64,000 nt of DNA, from assembly GCA_034226945.1 (NCBI GenBank), contig CP120455.1, forward strand, positions 1,054,001 to 1,118,000. The letters are read 5' to 3'. Shown here in pieces: positions 42,022-55,231 of the stretch. The notes beneath the pieces are model-generated. The model searched no databases. It worked only from the letters and a program-made list of their open reading frames with translations, and was not told where the DNA came from. The first letter of the stretch is position 1. Each line of letters opens with the position of its first letter. This DNA is from Picochlorum sp. SENEW3. Its lineage: Eukaryota. The position numbers and the translations under genes were made by a program.

Positions 42022-42637
42022 ACAAGTGAAACCAAGAAAATCATCATCATTCTTTCGCATTCGTGTACAACATTCACCAAAACATTACCATGTCCTGGAT
42101 ACAACATCACCCTGCACAGCCTGTTTGTGAGGCACGTCTCATTGGGCCCTGACTGCTTTGCATCTCTTGACAATTATGTAAAACCATCTTTAGTATTTAC
42201 ATGGGTTGGCTTTCGTTCCTGCACGCCAACTCATGCATGAAGATCCCATGCAGTCCCATTGGGACAGGGGATGCCCCTGATGGAAAATTCAAATTTGCTC
42301 CCTCCTCTTGGACGGATCGAATTTGGAGCCGGGATTAATAGCATTGTATACATTCACAAGTGAATATACACGGGGAAACACATTCAAAATATCTAAATAG
42401 AGGTCATTTGGATAGCAGCAGCGTGTTTTGTGTTCACGCGTGCTCCGTCCCCTGAGGTTTTCTAGCACTTTTGACAGCGCTTTTTCTGGTGCCAACGTGT
42501 ACTTGGTTATTTGATCCCTTCTCTTTCACAAAAGAGTACAAAAGCGCATGCCATTTCATTTGTATTGCACAGACGCAGCATTTGCCTAGACGGTGGGGCA
42601 GCACTGGTAGATAACAGTCGAACGCGGAGTCACGAAC

Positions 42638-45091
42638 ATGTCTTCGAACGACGCCAATCACAAGGTATGCACGTCATTTCATCTCAATCTACGAATTGAA
42701 TACTGACAATATGGTAATCTGTTTGTACAGCGTGGGGAAGGACCCGTCGGGTCGAGGTTGTACCCTTTGCTCTTCAAGGCGAATACGACAGGACAGTTTC
42801 GCAATATATGCTCCCGCCTCTCTTCTGATAGTCCAAGAGAGACGGAAACTCTGTCTGTAGGCCGGTCAAAGGAAGAGTTGCCAGGCGAGTGTCCTGTACG
42901 TCGCAAAGATTTGCTCTGCAAAATACTTGGAGTACAAGATGAATATGAAATTGATGACCGCAAGGCAGAGGTGCTCACGAAAATACTCATGTACCCGATC
43001 ATATTTTGTGATTGTGCGCCTCACACCATCATAAATCACCCGAATATGCGAAAGCACGTGTGGGAGATGATTGGATATTCTAGAGAGCTGGACACATCAG
43101 TCCTGTTTGGTGAATTTTTAAATGCGCAATACGCCGCATTTCAGCAGTCTCGGCAGCACGTGATTTCAAAGGTGAAAAAAGCACAGATATCTGTGAACCT
43201 CAAATCGTTCAAAAACGCTGATAAAACTGCCAAATACGTCATGGCAAACACATTACGGCTGCATGATGGGCAGGCAGTGTTTTGCTGCATTGATGAGGGA
43301 GAAAAATCACATGATGAGCGGTCCACGATGATCCATCAGTTGCAATCTATGGTGAAATGTATTAAAAGTGCAGAAGTGGCAGAAAAAGTGAACGGATTCG
43401 TGATTAATTCGTCCAGCTGTCTGGCCCTCTGCAGACATGTTGAAGATGCAGACCCTTCAACAATTGCCTTTCCGTGTCAGCTGTACGGATTGAAAAAGTT
43501 GCTAAAGTCCATAATTCAGAAGGATATTAGATTACAAGAAACGCTCCAAGAATGCTCCAAGTTGTTTGAAGTTGCCAAAGCACGTGGGTATTGCTCCTCT
43601 GAAACCATTGAAAGGATTGACTCATGGATCAATATCATCCGACGAGACGATCCTAGAGCTACGCACACATTGCTCTTATGCCCATATATTCTCACAGTGG
43701 ACAAATTGTCAAATCAATTACGCGGTATTCAGTCCGACTCGTCAGATATTGGAATGGACATGAATCCGGCAGGAGCAGCAGATGTCGACCATACATGGGA
43801 GCAAATTTCAAAATACTCAAAACTTTTAGAGCCGTTCATCTACATTCTAACCTCTCTGGAGACAGAATCGCCGACATTAGGACAGATATATTTGATGTGG
43901 TCATGCCTCACGAGGCATGCATCAGTATGGTGTGAGCTGCTCATCAAGTCTGATGAATTCATCCCATACAACACACAATGCACATCACAGCGGACAATTG
44001 AGGAACACGTTGCACAGTTTAAATCGTCATATTATCACCCTGTATTCACTCTAGGGTGCGTATTAGATTGCAGACTCTGGACAATATCGCATGGCACAGC
44101 GCGACCAAATACTGCCAGCCTTTCCATCCATGAGATTGGTTCAGCAAAGGAGCTGGCATCCTCTCTCGCTCGTACCCAGGACGCAGCCTACGAACTCAAA
44201 AAATTGGTCGACTTTGGGATTCCAGCGTACTGTGTGGAAGACGTACGGAATGTAGCAGGAGATGTGCATTGTGGATGCGTGATATCCTCAGACTCTGATC
44301 CAGATGAGATTGCAGCCGCGCTTTCAGTCTGGAGGGATGTCTCAGAGGATTTCCCCAACCTATCGTCAATCGCAGAATCTCTCTTCATGATGAGAGGAAC
44401 ATGTGAAAAGTCGACAAGCATCCCATCTGTGACACGATGGCTCACAAAATCCAGAGACAGCAGCAGTTTTCCACATGATACCGCACAGAAAATGGCAGAA
44501 CTTGCTCTGTATTATCGACTCAAGGATAATCATGATACAGATTGCTCCACAGAGCAATCAATGAAGACAAATCACGCCAGCATATCTCATTATTTTGGAT
44601 TGAACACGCGCGAGACGAGTGATATGATGCATCGGATCAGAACAAGGCCGACAGCTGCAGGGGATGCTAGCAATCCATCAGTCTATAAAACACCGCCGAG
44701 GACACAGTTGCTTTCTAGAGCACCGCAACCAAACAATAGCCTGAGCACACCACATCAGGATGGCCTCAGTCTAGGGTTATTGCAACTCACGGATCAACGG
44801 CTCCAATCAGACTGGAACTTTGGGGAGGCTCTTGATGAAACCCTGTACCCATCAATCATGCAGGCCAAGGGTGCCATCCACGAAGACCTGAAGCAGAAGG
44901 ATCAGAAAAACAAGGAACAGGAAACCACCAGACACATTGTACAGAAGAGGCTCGTGGATCACTTTCCAAAGCGCAAGACGGATGACGTCAAATCAACACC
45001 GGCAACTGCCCCCCTCAGTCCCCTCCTTGAATCACCAAACTCTGCTCGAAAGAAGCAGCGCAAAGCTCTCCATCCTCGATCAGCGAGTTGA
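42638..45091 (+). CDS. Domesticated hAT-transposase-derived protein (exons 42638-42664, 42731-45091)
   Basis: FPCQLYGLKKLLKSI (degenerate CxxH helix), KLLEPF..ILTSLETESPTLG.IY..W, LGCVLDCR, and a dimerisation-like VWRDVSEDFPNLSSIAESLF. A 66-nt phase-0 intron links an upstream ATG exon in frame. No TIRs seen. Confidence 0.7.
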
Positions 45092-45413
45092 ATAGTATAC
45101 AATGTCTATCGTCAACATGTAATAATATTCGAACAATTGTTGTATACATCATGGCATCAGCCAATCGATTGGATCTCTCTTGACCCAAAGAGTCTGATCA
45201 TGGGTCTGTCTGACAATCCCAAGGCCCCTCCCTCGAGATCTGAGGGAGATTGTTCCAAAACCATAACAGCAGCCCTCCGCACCCCATATTCTAAAATACT
45301 AGTAATATTCTGGTGACTCTCAAGCCCGTGAGCTCTGTTAGTCTCCATTTATTCAAGAAAACAACCAGTGTGTGGATTGTGATCGAATCGTAACAACTAC
45401 TCCTTGTATCATC

Positions 45414-47084
<1,671 letters not shown>

Positions 47085-47159
47085 ATGCATGCACGCATCT
47101 TTGAAATATAAGAGTCATCATCACAATATATACATGTAAATCTTACACTGTGTTGTGTT

Positions 47160-48446
47160 TTAAAACCGATACAGAATTGTCCCATCTGGCTGCATGTCAC
47201 CATATGTGGATGGGTTCTCATCTGAATGATGAGATGCATGCCATGCCACCACATCATCATACTTGAGCGTGCCTCCAAAAATATCCAACGCACTTCCAAC
47301 AGTTATATCAACTCGTCCTTGACCTTTTGATGCCACTCTATCCAAATCCTCCAAAGAGCTGGCTCCTCCAGCATATGTGACTGGAACAGGAGAGAACTTG
47401 CCCAGCAATTCTACCAAATCATCATCTATTCCTAGCTTTTTCCCCTCGACATCTACTCCATGAACAAGAAACTCGTCGCAACTCTGCGCCAAATCAGCCA
47501 AATTCTCTTCATTCAACACCAAATCGGACCACTTTTGCCATCGGTCTGTCACCACATAATACAACCCATCCTCTTTTCTTCGACAACTGAGATCGAGCAC
47601 AATCCTTTCCTTTCCAACTAAATCCACTAATGCTGCCAAACGATCTCTATCGAGAGCTCCATCGCGGAATACAAATGATGTGACAATGACATGACTCGCC
47701 CCAGCATCCAAATACATGCGAGCATTCTCTGTTGTCACACCCCCACCAATCTGCATCCCTCCAGGGTACGCTTCTAAAGCACCAAATGCCTGACTCTTAC
47801 TTCCAGCATCGGCTCCCAACATGATGATGTGACCTCCCGTCAGCCCATCCTTCTTGTACAGGTCTGCATAGTATTCAGCAGGCTTTTCAGACTCAAAATT
47901 TGTTTCCAATACACCACTCTCTTTCTGTTGTCCATCATCACTGCATATAATAATATGTTACTATGTAACTGTAGTATTTGTACCAAAACAAAAAAAGAAA
48001 AGAAAGACACTGAAGCAAAAAGAGAGAGAGAGTTTTTTCACTGGAGAAAAAAAATTTTCTTTCACCTTCTCTCTCTCTCTCTCTCTCTCTCTCCTCGTAA
48101 TACAACAGCATACCTCGCTCTTGAAGCAGAAGATACATCACCATCATCTGTCAATGTCGATCCAACAATCTGCTTGACTTTTCCCTACACATCATAATGA
48201 TTTCAAACCATCATCATCATCATGCTACATCACCTCAGCATACACACAACAAACAAACAATCATCCTCTCACCTTGTGAATATCGATGCATGGTCGAAAC
48301 CTCACAGATGCATACGTCTGAACAACAACACCTCTCCGACGCACATGCCTTCTCGTCGTCACCCAACCATGGTTTCTACTTGCTGTTCCTGTCCCTCCCA
48401 GCAGCCTCATGGAACCATTCAATCGGCAACCGTGCTGTACTTCCAT
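47160..48446 (-). CDS. HISN3: ProFAR (BBMII) isomerase of histidine synthesis, chloroplast (exons 48446-48273, 48184-48114, 47940-47160)
   Basis: [61 protein letters not shown] and [11 protein letters not shown]; introns of 88 and 173 nt keep frame. Confidence 0.95.
48068..48093. repeat. (TC)13 microsatellite in HISN3 intron 2
   Basis: Directly visible dinucleotide run; a complementary (AG)n run lies at about 48021-48032. Confidence 0.9.
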
Positions 48447-48750
48447 ACCACAGTCGTATCAATATTATAAAATTTATGTAAATGCGTCTGATGCGATCCA
48501 ATGAAGGACTGAATAGCTACAATCAGCAGTTCCGGATCATCCAAAAGTCCATATTTGAAACATTAAGAATACTTTGAGAATTTTCGTATGAAAAACATCG
48601 TGACTTGTGACTGTCGATGACACCCAAATTCATCAATTTTTAATATGTAATATTAGAAATTACAGTACTGGGAGTGGCAATGGTACACCAGTATTTGGCA
48701 TCCTTACAAAAGTAAAGAAAAAAAAGCAGGGTGAAAGAAAAAGAAAAAGA

Positions 48751-50403
48751 ATGTCTTTCGAGTCACCCTGCTCAAAGCGACACAAGGGTAATCCTGAAAT
48801 ACACACACACATTGAAACAGGAGATTCTGTTATTGTTGTTGGAAGGGGTCGGTTGCGTGTTTCTCATGGTACAGTTCTGGTGCATGGCTATTCCTTGCAT
48901 GGACCTCGTGGGACATTAGACCTTGCTTGTGACGCTCATTTTCCCATCTGTATATCTTCTCAAGACCATACAGATGCTCAAGTGCCATATGTGGCTGCTG
49001 GGTATGCTACAATATCTCTACATGAGGATGAGAATGCCATGGCAGAGTCAGTTGCACAAGAACACAAGAATGCATCATCAGATGCAGTTGGTTCGTCGCT
49101 GCGGATTGTAAAGGTCCCTGATGCCACGGCATTTCATCCACAGGAATGGAAGGATGTGGCATATACCATGGCGTCGTCGATATCCGAGGCTATGGCAGCT
49201 GGTATGATTGGCCATCCCCCTGTGATTTGTGTCTGTGGAGGGAAAAATACTGGCAAGTCATCATTCTGCCGATACCTGGTGAATATGCTGCTCAATTACA
49301 ATTCATCTGTGGATTATTTGGATATGGATTGTGGTCAGACAGAGTTTACTCCACCGGGACTGGTGTCATTGTGCGAGATTCGTCAGCCATTGGTTGGTCC
49401 TCCATACTATGATAGAAGAGGGAGTATTGCATCAAAGATGAGCCATTTCATTGGCGATACATCGCCGTCCTCTGACCCTGACGCATACGTGAAACGTATC
49501 TTGAATTTATACATGATATCGCAGAAGCGATCCCGCATGGCTGCGACGATGAGACCTTTGGTGATCAATACCTATGGGTGGATACAGGGATTGGGATTGG
49601 ATGTGCTTGGAGCGTGCTTTGACCGCATGGAGATTACGCATGCTGTAAGAATACAGAGTGATAAAGAGAGGAATAATGTTTCGGAAGAATTCTTCGCCGC
49701 GAAAGAGGGGGCTGGTTTCGCACCACTCCAATACGTCATACCTGCCCTGTCCTCTGCTGCAGCTCCTAGTACTGTTGCTGCCAGGAAGGTCCATCAAGGT
49801 ATTCTCGCCGCAGAAGCAGTCACAGGTAGACATAGTAGTACGTATAGCGCAGTGGAGAGAAGGAATATGCAGTGGAATAGTTTTGCGATGCAATGCTGCC
49901 CAGCATATACTACTAGAGAAGGAGTAGAGTCGAGCAGTGATGATTATTCTCAGCAGAGAGACTGCAGCCTCGCAGATATTGGAACACGATTGGCGTCTCA
50001 ACCGCCATACGCCGTCCCTTTAGACTCATTAGAAATATCGTGTACGCATAGCAGTATACAAAAGGATCACATCATGCGAGTGCTGAATGGATCCGTGGTA
50101 GGCCTCTGTATCCAGAATTCAAAAAAGAAACAGAGCATGATGGAGGAATGTGTTGGACTGGGCATTGTCAGATCCGTCAATGTCGCCACTCGCATGCTCT
50201 ACATACTCACCTCAGTACATGATCAGGCCGTTCTCAAGTCTGTGAATCACCTGGTCATTGGAAAACTCGACCTGCCACCCCATCTTCTTCAAACAAATCA
50301 GTTCAAATCCCCCTACCTGGCTCTGCATGCCATGACAGCTGAAGGCACCGCAGCAGGGGCTGGGAAGTCTAGAAATAATTTATTACGAGCAAGTCAACTG
50401 TAA
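48751..50403 (+). CDS. NOL9: Polynucleotide 5'-hydroxyl kinase NOL9/GRC3
   Basis: CGGKNTGKSSFCRYLVN, LDMDCGQTEFTPPG, PLVINTYGWIQGLG, LNGSVVGL and CVGLGIVRSV motifs. Confidence 0.93.
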   Translation: MSFESPCSKRHKGNPEIHTHIETGDSVIVVGRGRLRVSHGTVLVHGYSLHGPRGTLDLACDAHFPICISSQDHTDAQVPYVAAGYATISLHEDENAMAESVAQEHKNASSDAVGSSLRIVKVPDATAFHPQEWKDVAYTMASSISEAMAAGMIGHPPVICVCGGKNTGKSSFCRYLVNMLLNYNSSVDYLDMDCGQTEFTPPGLVSLCEIRQPLVGPPYYDRRGSIASKMSHFIGDTSPSSDPDAYVKRILNLYMISQKRSRMAATMRPLVINTYGWIQGLGLDVLGACFDRMEITHAVRIQSDKERNNVSEEFFAAKEGAGFAPLQYVIPALSSAAAPSTVAARKVHQGILAAEAVTGRHSSTYSAVERRNMQWNSFAMQCCPAYTTREGVESSSDDYSQQRDCSLADIGTRLASQPPYAVPLDSLEISCTHSSIQKDHIMRVLNGSVVGLCIQNSKKKQSMMEECVGLGIVRSVNVATRMLYILTSVHDQAVLKSVNHLVIGKLDLPPHLLQTNQFKSPYLALHAMTAEGTAAGAGKSRNNLLRASQL

Positions 50404-50418
50404 TTTTCTTAATATGTA

Positions 50419-52758
50419 ATGGATCAGATACTGGAAGAAGAACAGGAGGGTGACATTGATCCCTCGACCCTTATTCGACTGGCATGTCTCGGTGACGACG
50501 TGTTTGCTGACGATGAGGATGATCTGAGTGCTTGGAAATCATCAACAAAAAATATTGATGTATCTACCAAGGTGAATGCTGATTTGGTGGCCTCTTTGAT
50601 AGCACGGTTGAGGACACGGGTGGTGGAACTGGAAGGGGAGTGTGAAAGTTTGTCAGTGTCCACGGGGGATGGGATTGCGGATGCCATGTCTGAGTATCGT
50701 ACGATTATATCATCCTGTTCAGATATACAGAGGAGTGTGAATGATATGTCTGCCTCGATGCAACGGCTTGGAACTGATTTTTCAGAGAGGATACAGGCTC
50801 TGGTGGAGTTGGATGTTGCACATTGTCGGATGAAGGAGACCAAGGCGGTGATTGGGCTGGCTGGGGAGATTCTTGGGATTTTGAGGGAGATATATACGTG
50901 TATGAATGAGGGTGATGTGTATCATGCGGCGAAAATGTATCGGTCAGCGTGTTTGGCATATAAACCATCGTTGGAGGAGGCAGCAAAGGGTGGATGGCAG
51001 GAAGAGGACGGTCGTGGTTCGGGTGACGGGGTGTGGGATGTGCGGGAGGAGTCGTCTTTTATGAAGGAGAATTTAGGGTATATTGCTCCGTTTTTGTTGA
51101 AAAGGTTGGAGGAGATTGAGGATCGATTGGATCAGCAGGTGTCTTCCATGGTGAAGGAATGGTTGGCGTATGCTGGACAAGTTGCTGAAAAGATCGGGGT
51201 ACATGCCATGAAGCAGTGCGAAGAATACCATATGTATTGTGCGGGGGAGTCTAATATACGGAAAAGATGCTTTGATGCTTTGAGTGCGACGGAGGATGAT
51301 GATGAAAGGGTCCAGGTTGTGATGGATGCTGTCATGGAGGCACGGAGGGGCTGGGAGCAGCGGGAAGGGTCTGAAGCGGTTGAGGTTAGACTGGATATGC
51401 TTCTGAATGCAGTTTCTGTTCAAACTGCGTATTCAGATATGACTGGGTTGCAGCGACAGTATGAGAATAGTCGGGAAGGTCAGTTGGGAACGCTGCTTGT
51501 TCCACCTGAAGATGGTTTGAGGGGTGGGGCGTACTTGGCTCAGCTTGTGGGATATTTTATTGTAGAATTGAGTGTCTATAGATATATTAAAGAGTTAGAT
51601 ACGAGCAGATTTCTTGGGACTGTGTGGGATGGAGCATGTGCTGCCATGTCAGCAGAGTTGGGGTCCATGTTGGATGAATCAGCAAGTCTTGAGGGTATGT
51701 TGAAGATGAAAGATCAAGCACTGTTTGCGTGTCAGTCGCTTGAAGAGTGGAGTGTTGATGTTGTGAATACAACCCCTCTAAGGCAGTCTTTGAGGAAGAG
51801 AGCATCTCGGTTTCAAATGCTGTTGCAAGAGCCAACATTGGCTGACCTGGAGAATTCAGAGGGTGAGGCAGAGTCGTTGCAGAAAGCGGTGGAGACGTGT
51901 TTGAAGCAAGTCATGAGGTTTTTTGATGGACTTGTGTCGCATGATGAGCTCGTGCATGCGTCTGTGTTTGAGACTGAGCATGTGTTTTTCAAAATGTTCA
52001 CAAGCCTTATGCCAGAGGCAGAGACATGTGATGCGTATGATAATGCCTATGTTGATGAGCTTTTGAGCTTGATTGAATCAATTAGGTTTGTGCAACGTGT
52101 GCTTGTGGGTCAGTTGGGGCAGGCTGGTCAGGCTGTTGACCCTTTGAGTCAATTGAAGAGTTTGACACAGGATGCTGTGACTAGGCTGGCTCAGTTTCTG
52201 TGCAAGAGGACTATGGAGAATGCGTTGGATACTATAGAAAAACCACATGATGTGTGGAATCTGACGGCAAAGACGGAAGACCCTGTGAGTCCGTGGTGTG
52301 ATGCAATCATTGAGCAGATTGACTTTCAGCATGATGAATTGAGAGAGTTTGGGTTTCCTGACGAGATTGTGGATGCGATGATGTCTGCGTATCTCAAGAG
52401 TATTTCATCTCGTATTGTGGAGTTTGTTCAAAATTATAAAGGATCTATTACTGGTATCGGCGCATTCACGTTGTACAGAGATTTGCAATCACTGACCATG
52501 CACATGACTGCAAACAGAGGCAGGGATCAGTGCTCTGAGCTTGTCGAGATCCTCGTAGTGAGCAAATCTGTAGCATTTGGGGATTCAGAGGCACTTATTG
52601 ATATCAAAGATACAGATTCGGCACGAGAGATTGCAGCATTGAGGATGTGCTTTCTGGAAAAGGTGGTCAACTCGTCACACAAGGTGGAAAACTTGGAACC
52701 AATTAGCAGGGCCAGAGCCCTGAGTATTATCAAAAAACTCAAAGAGAACTTCTTTTGA
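50419..52758 (+). CDS. Exocyst subunit SEC15-like (divergent)
   Basis: N-terminal coiled coil, VKEWL...AEKIG..AM, YENSREGQL and YLAQLVGYFIVE match Sec15 signatures; all-helical. Confidence 0.7.
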   Translation: MDQILEEEQEGDIDPSTLIRLACLGDDVFADDEDDLSAWKSSTKNIDVSTKVNADLVASLIARLRTRVVELEGECESLSVSTGDGIADAMSEYRTIISSCSDIQRSVNDMSASMQRLGTDFSERIQALVELDVAHCRMKETKAVIGLAGEILGILREIYTCMNEGDVYHAAKMYRSACLAYKPSLEEAAKGGWQEEDGRGSGDGVWDVREESSFMKENLGYIAPFLLKRLEEIEDRLDQQVSSMVKEWLAYAGQVAEKIGVHAMKQCEEYHMYCAGESNIRKRCFDALSATEDDDERVQVVMDAVMEARRGWEQREGSEAVEVRLDMLLNAVSVQTAYSDMTGLQRQYENSREGQLGTLLVPPEDGLRGGAYLAQLVGYFIVELSVYRYIKELDTSRFLGTVWDGACAAMSAELGSMLDESASLEGMLKMKDQALFACQSLEEWSVDVVNTTPLRQSLRKRASRFQMLLQEPTLADLENSEGEAESLQKAVETCLKQVMRFFDGLVSHDELVHASVFETEHVFFKMFTSLMPEAETCDAYDNAYVDELLSLIESIRFVQRVLVGQLGQAGQAVDPLSQLKSLTQDAVTRLAQFLCKRTMENALDTIEKPHDVWNLTAKTEDPVSPWCDAIIEQIDFQHDELREFGFPDEIVDAMMSAYLKSISSRIVEFVQNYKGSITGIGAFTLYRDLQSLTMHMTANRGRDQCSELVEILVVSKSVAFGDSEALIDIKDTDSAREIAALRMCFLEKVVNSSHKVENLEPISRARALSIIKKLKENFF

Positions 52759-52798
52759 TGTGCTATCGTAGGATGTTTACAGATGAAACGATACAGTT

Positions 52799-54448
52799 TT
52801 ATGGTTTCTTCTTTTTTGTTGCTCTCTTTTTGACATGTTTTTTCACCTTTGTCTTTCTCTTCTCAGCTTTATCCGCCTTGACCTGCTTTTTATTTGCTTT
52901 TCGTAATTCTCTGATTTCTTCTTTGCTTAATTTTTGTCTCTCTTCAAACATGTGCTCGTCATCACTCTCAGAACCATCAGAAGAGGACGCAGTCTCCTCC
53001 TCCTCCGCCTCGCTGTCATTGTCAACTATGGCACCTGACATGTCCTCTTTCATTCCAGCAATGGCCTGATAGTAAATTCCTTCAGTATTTTCTCCCTTCT
53101 GGAGTCGCTCATGATCTCGCTCAAAGTGAACCACCTCCTCTAGCTTTTTAGGAATATATGCCTGAGACCACACCTTTTCTGCAACTTCTTCTTCCACAGT
53201 CTGCACAATTGGCCGAGCTGCAGCTGTCTCCATCAATGCATCCAACTCGGCGTCTAAATTTTCATCTGTTAGAGCTGGGTTGACCACAAAGTCAAATAAT
53301 TCTTTATTTGTAAGGGTCGCAACACCTTGTCGCCTAAAATAATCATTTGAATGCTTGCAGTCTTCCCGTAGAAAGTCAAACGCCCGAGGGTGATCCAATT
53401 CAACACTTTGAGATACATCAATGACATGAATTTCGTCATTATGTACCAGTAAATTATATTCTGAAAAATCTGCGTGCACCAATCTGCATTTTTGGTACAA
53501 TGACCACAGGATAAGAATGACTTCTGTGTAGGCCCTCCTCATCCTTGCAGGAGGCAGCCCTGCGTCCTTCAAACGAGGCGCCGCCGTTCCTCCAGTCCCC
53601 AAAAACTCCATGACTAGAATATGAAGTCGCAACTGAATGGGCTTGGGACACGGTATTCCAGCGGCGTGTAGCCGTGACAAGTTTCTCATTTCCTTTTCTG
53701 CCCACATCTTGACCATTTTCCTTGGATTCGATTTGCAAAATCTCTGGAATCGAGAGTCCCCAGTCACATATCTATCTCTATCTTTGAAAACTAAAATAGC
53801 TGTTTTGTACACTTTAATGGCCAACTCAACCCCAGATGCATCCTCAGTTGCATGGTACACATTTGCCTCCTTTCCCGTGGAAATGCAACCATTAATCTCC
53901 GAAAAAACACCTCTATTAAGCATTTTAAACAACACCATACGCGTCCGTGGATCCAATACTTGCTCGACTGTCGCCCTATCAGCCCGATCACGAGACTTGG
54001 TCACAGGTGCCTTCTTCATGCCCGTAGCAGCATTTTGTGATGCCTTTCGACCTCCAAGCGCATCCACAACTTCCTCCTCAAAATGCAACGTAGGGAGAGC
54101 TCTAGCGTCAAACTTGGACTCTAATCGAGGCATATTATTCCTCGTAGCCTTCATAGCCTTTTTCCTCTGATCCTGGTTCATCTGACCACCATTAGCATTC
54201 GGCCTGTATGATGACATCCCTGTGGAATACGCAACGCCTCCGTGAGCCCCTTTCGCCTCGAGTCCCTCACGCATATCAGCCCATTCTAATGCAGAAGCGA
54301 CATCATCGTCATCCTCACTACTGTCATCCCACGAATCATCTTCCTCCCCAGCATCATACCACGAAGTCTCTACCCCTATGATACCATTGTTTTCCACAGT
54401 ATCCTCCTTCCTCTCGTCCAACCGCAATTCCTCAAACGTCTCCTCCAT
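52799..54448 (-). CDS. RIO1: RIO1 atypical Ser/Thr kinase
   Basis: DRATVEQVLDPRTR, GCISTGKEANVY, WAEKEMRNL, LVHADFSEYN, IDVSQSVE and a K-rich C-terminus. Confidence 0.97.
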   Translation of the reverse strand: MEETFEELRLDERKEDTVENNGIIGVETSWYDAGEEDDSWDDSSEDDDDVASALEWADMREGLEAKGAHGGVAYSTGMSSYRPNANGGQMNQDQRKKAMKATRNNMPRLESKFDARALPTLHFEEEVVDALGGRKASQNAATGMKKAPVTKSRDRADRATVEQVLDPRTRMVLFKMLNRGVFSEINGCISTGKEANVYHATEDASGVELAIKVYKTAILVFKDRDRYVTGDSRFQRFCKSNPRKMVKMWAEKEMRNLSRLHAAGIPCPKPIQLRLHILVMEFLGTGGTAAPRLKDAGLPPARMRRAYTEVILILWSLYQKCRLVHADFSEYNLLVHNDEIHVIDVSQSVELDHPRAFDFLREDCKHSNDYFRRQGVATLTNKELFDFVVNPALTDENLDAELDALMETAAARPIVQTVEEEVAEKVWSQAYIPKKLEEVVHFERDHERLQKGENTEGIYYQAIAGMKEDMSGAIVDNDSEAEEEETASSSDGSESDDEHMFEERQKLSKEEIRELRKANKKQVKADKAEKRKTKVKKHVKKRATKKKKP

Positions 54449-54994
54449 GAGAGCGTACTAAGTAATAAGAAAAGAGTACTCCAGCTGTCGATTTCCGCTG
54501 ATTCCTTTGGAGACCCAGCAACGACACTGCTTAAAACTTGGACTCCTTGTTATTCTATCTTCAAACACCCACAAAGCCCGGATTTGTCTTACTTGATAAA
54601 TACAATGCAATTTTAAGGTTTGTATGGATACCCGCACAGCCTTAAAGAGACACCAATTTGTTATAATTAATCCTCCACTCAGACATGCAGCACAGACTCT
54701 ACCTGACAAATAGAAATGAGGTTTCTATGGCACAGGAAAGTCTTGGCATGCACTTTATAACATTTTCTAATTGCATTGAAATACCATTCAAAGAGACAAC
54801 GGCTTTTCTCTTGATTTGTATTATGGCATGAGAGCACTCCTGGGAGTACTACCCGTCAAAATTACTTTTGATGGGAGACATCGACATGGCGGCCTTGCAG
54901 CACTGTGTGGGTCAGAATGGAGATATGTATCTGATTCATGGATCCCTGTACCCATTAATAAAACTCCTCTCTTTGATATTGATACGTGGAGCAG

Positions 54995-55137
54995 GTATGT
55001 GTGGTCGTTGACCCCCACTGGCGCGTCTCAGCGCCCAAGGAATAATTGTGTTCCTCGAGTTGCATTTTCATACTGCCTTTTGAGTGGTTGTACGCATCGC
55101 ATGTGCTAATATATGGACTTTTTTTTCATTTTTTCAG
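54995..55137 (+). other. Probable 5'-UTR intron of eRF1
   Basis: CAG|GTATGT donor, gctaat branch-like site and long polypyrimidine tract ending ttttcag, 94 nt upstream of the ATG. Confidence 0.6.
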
Positions 55138-55231
55138 GATACTGTTGGGTGTACACGTCGCTTTGGTTTTGGCATTGCGGCTTTAGGTGATTGACTCGTT
55201 TGCTCGTTTCTTTTAAAATCGGCACGCAATC

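Noticed and set aside
42240..42282. Short GC hairpins (gtcccattgggac, caggggatgcccctg) as hAT termini
   Set aside because: No matching inverted copy or TSD was found downstream of the transposase-like gene.
54733..54810. CAGGAAAGTC...ACAACGGCTT resembling RNase MRP/P conserved regions
   Set aside because: The two motifs are only about 60 nt apart and imperfect, too short for the catalytic core.
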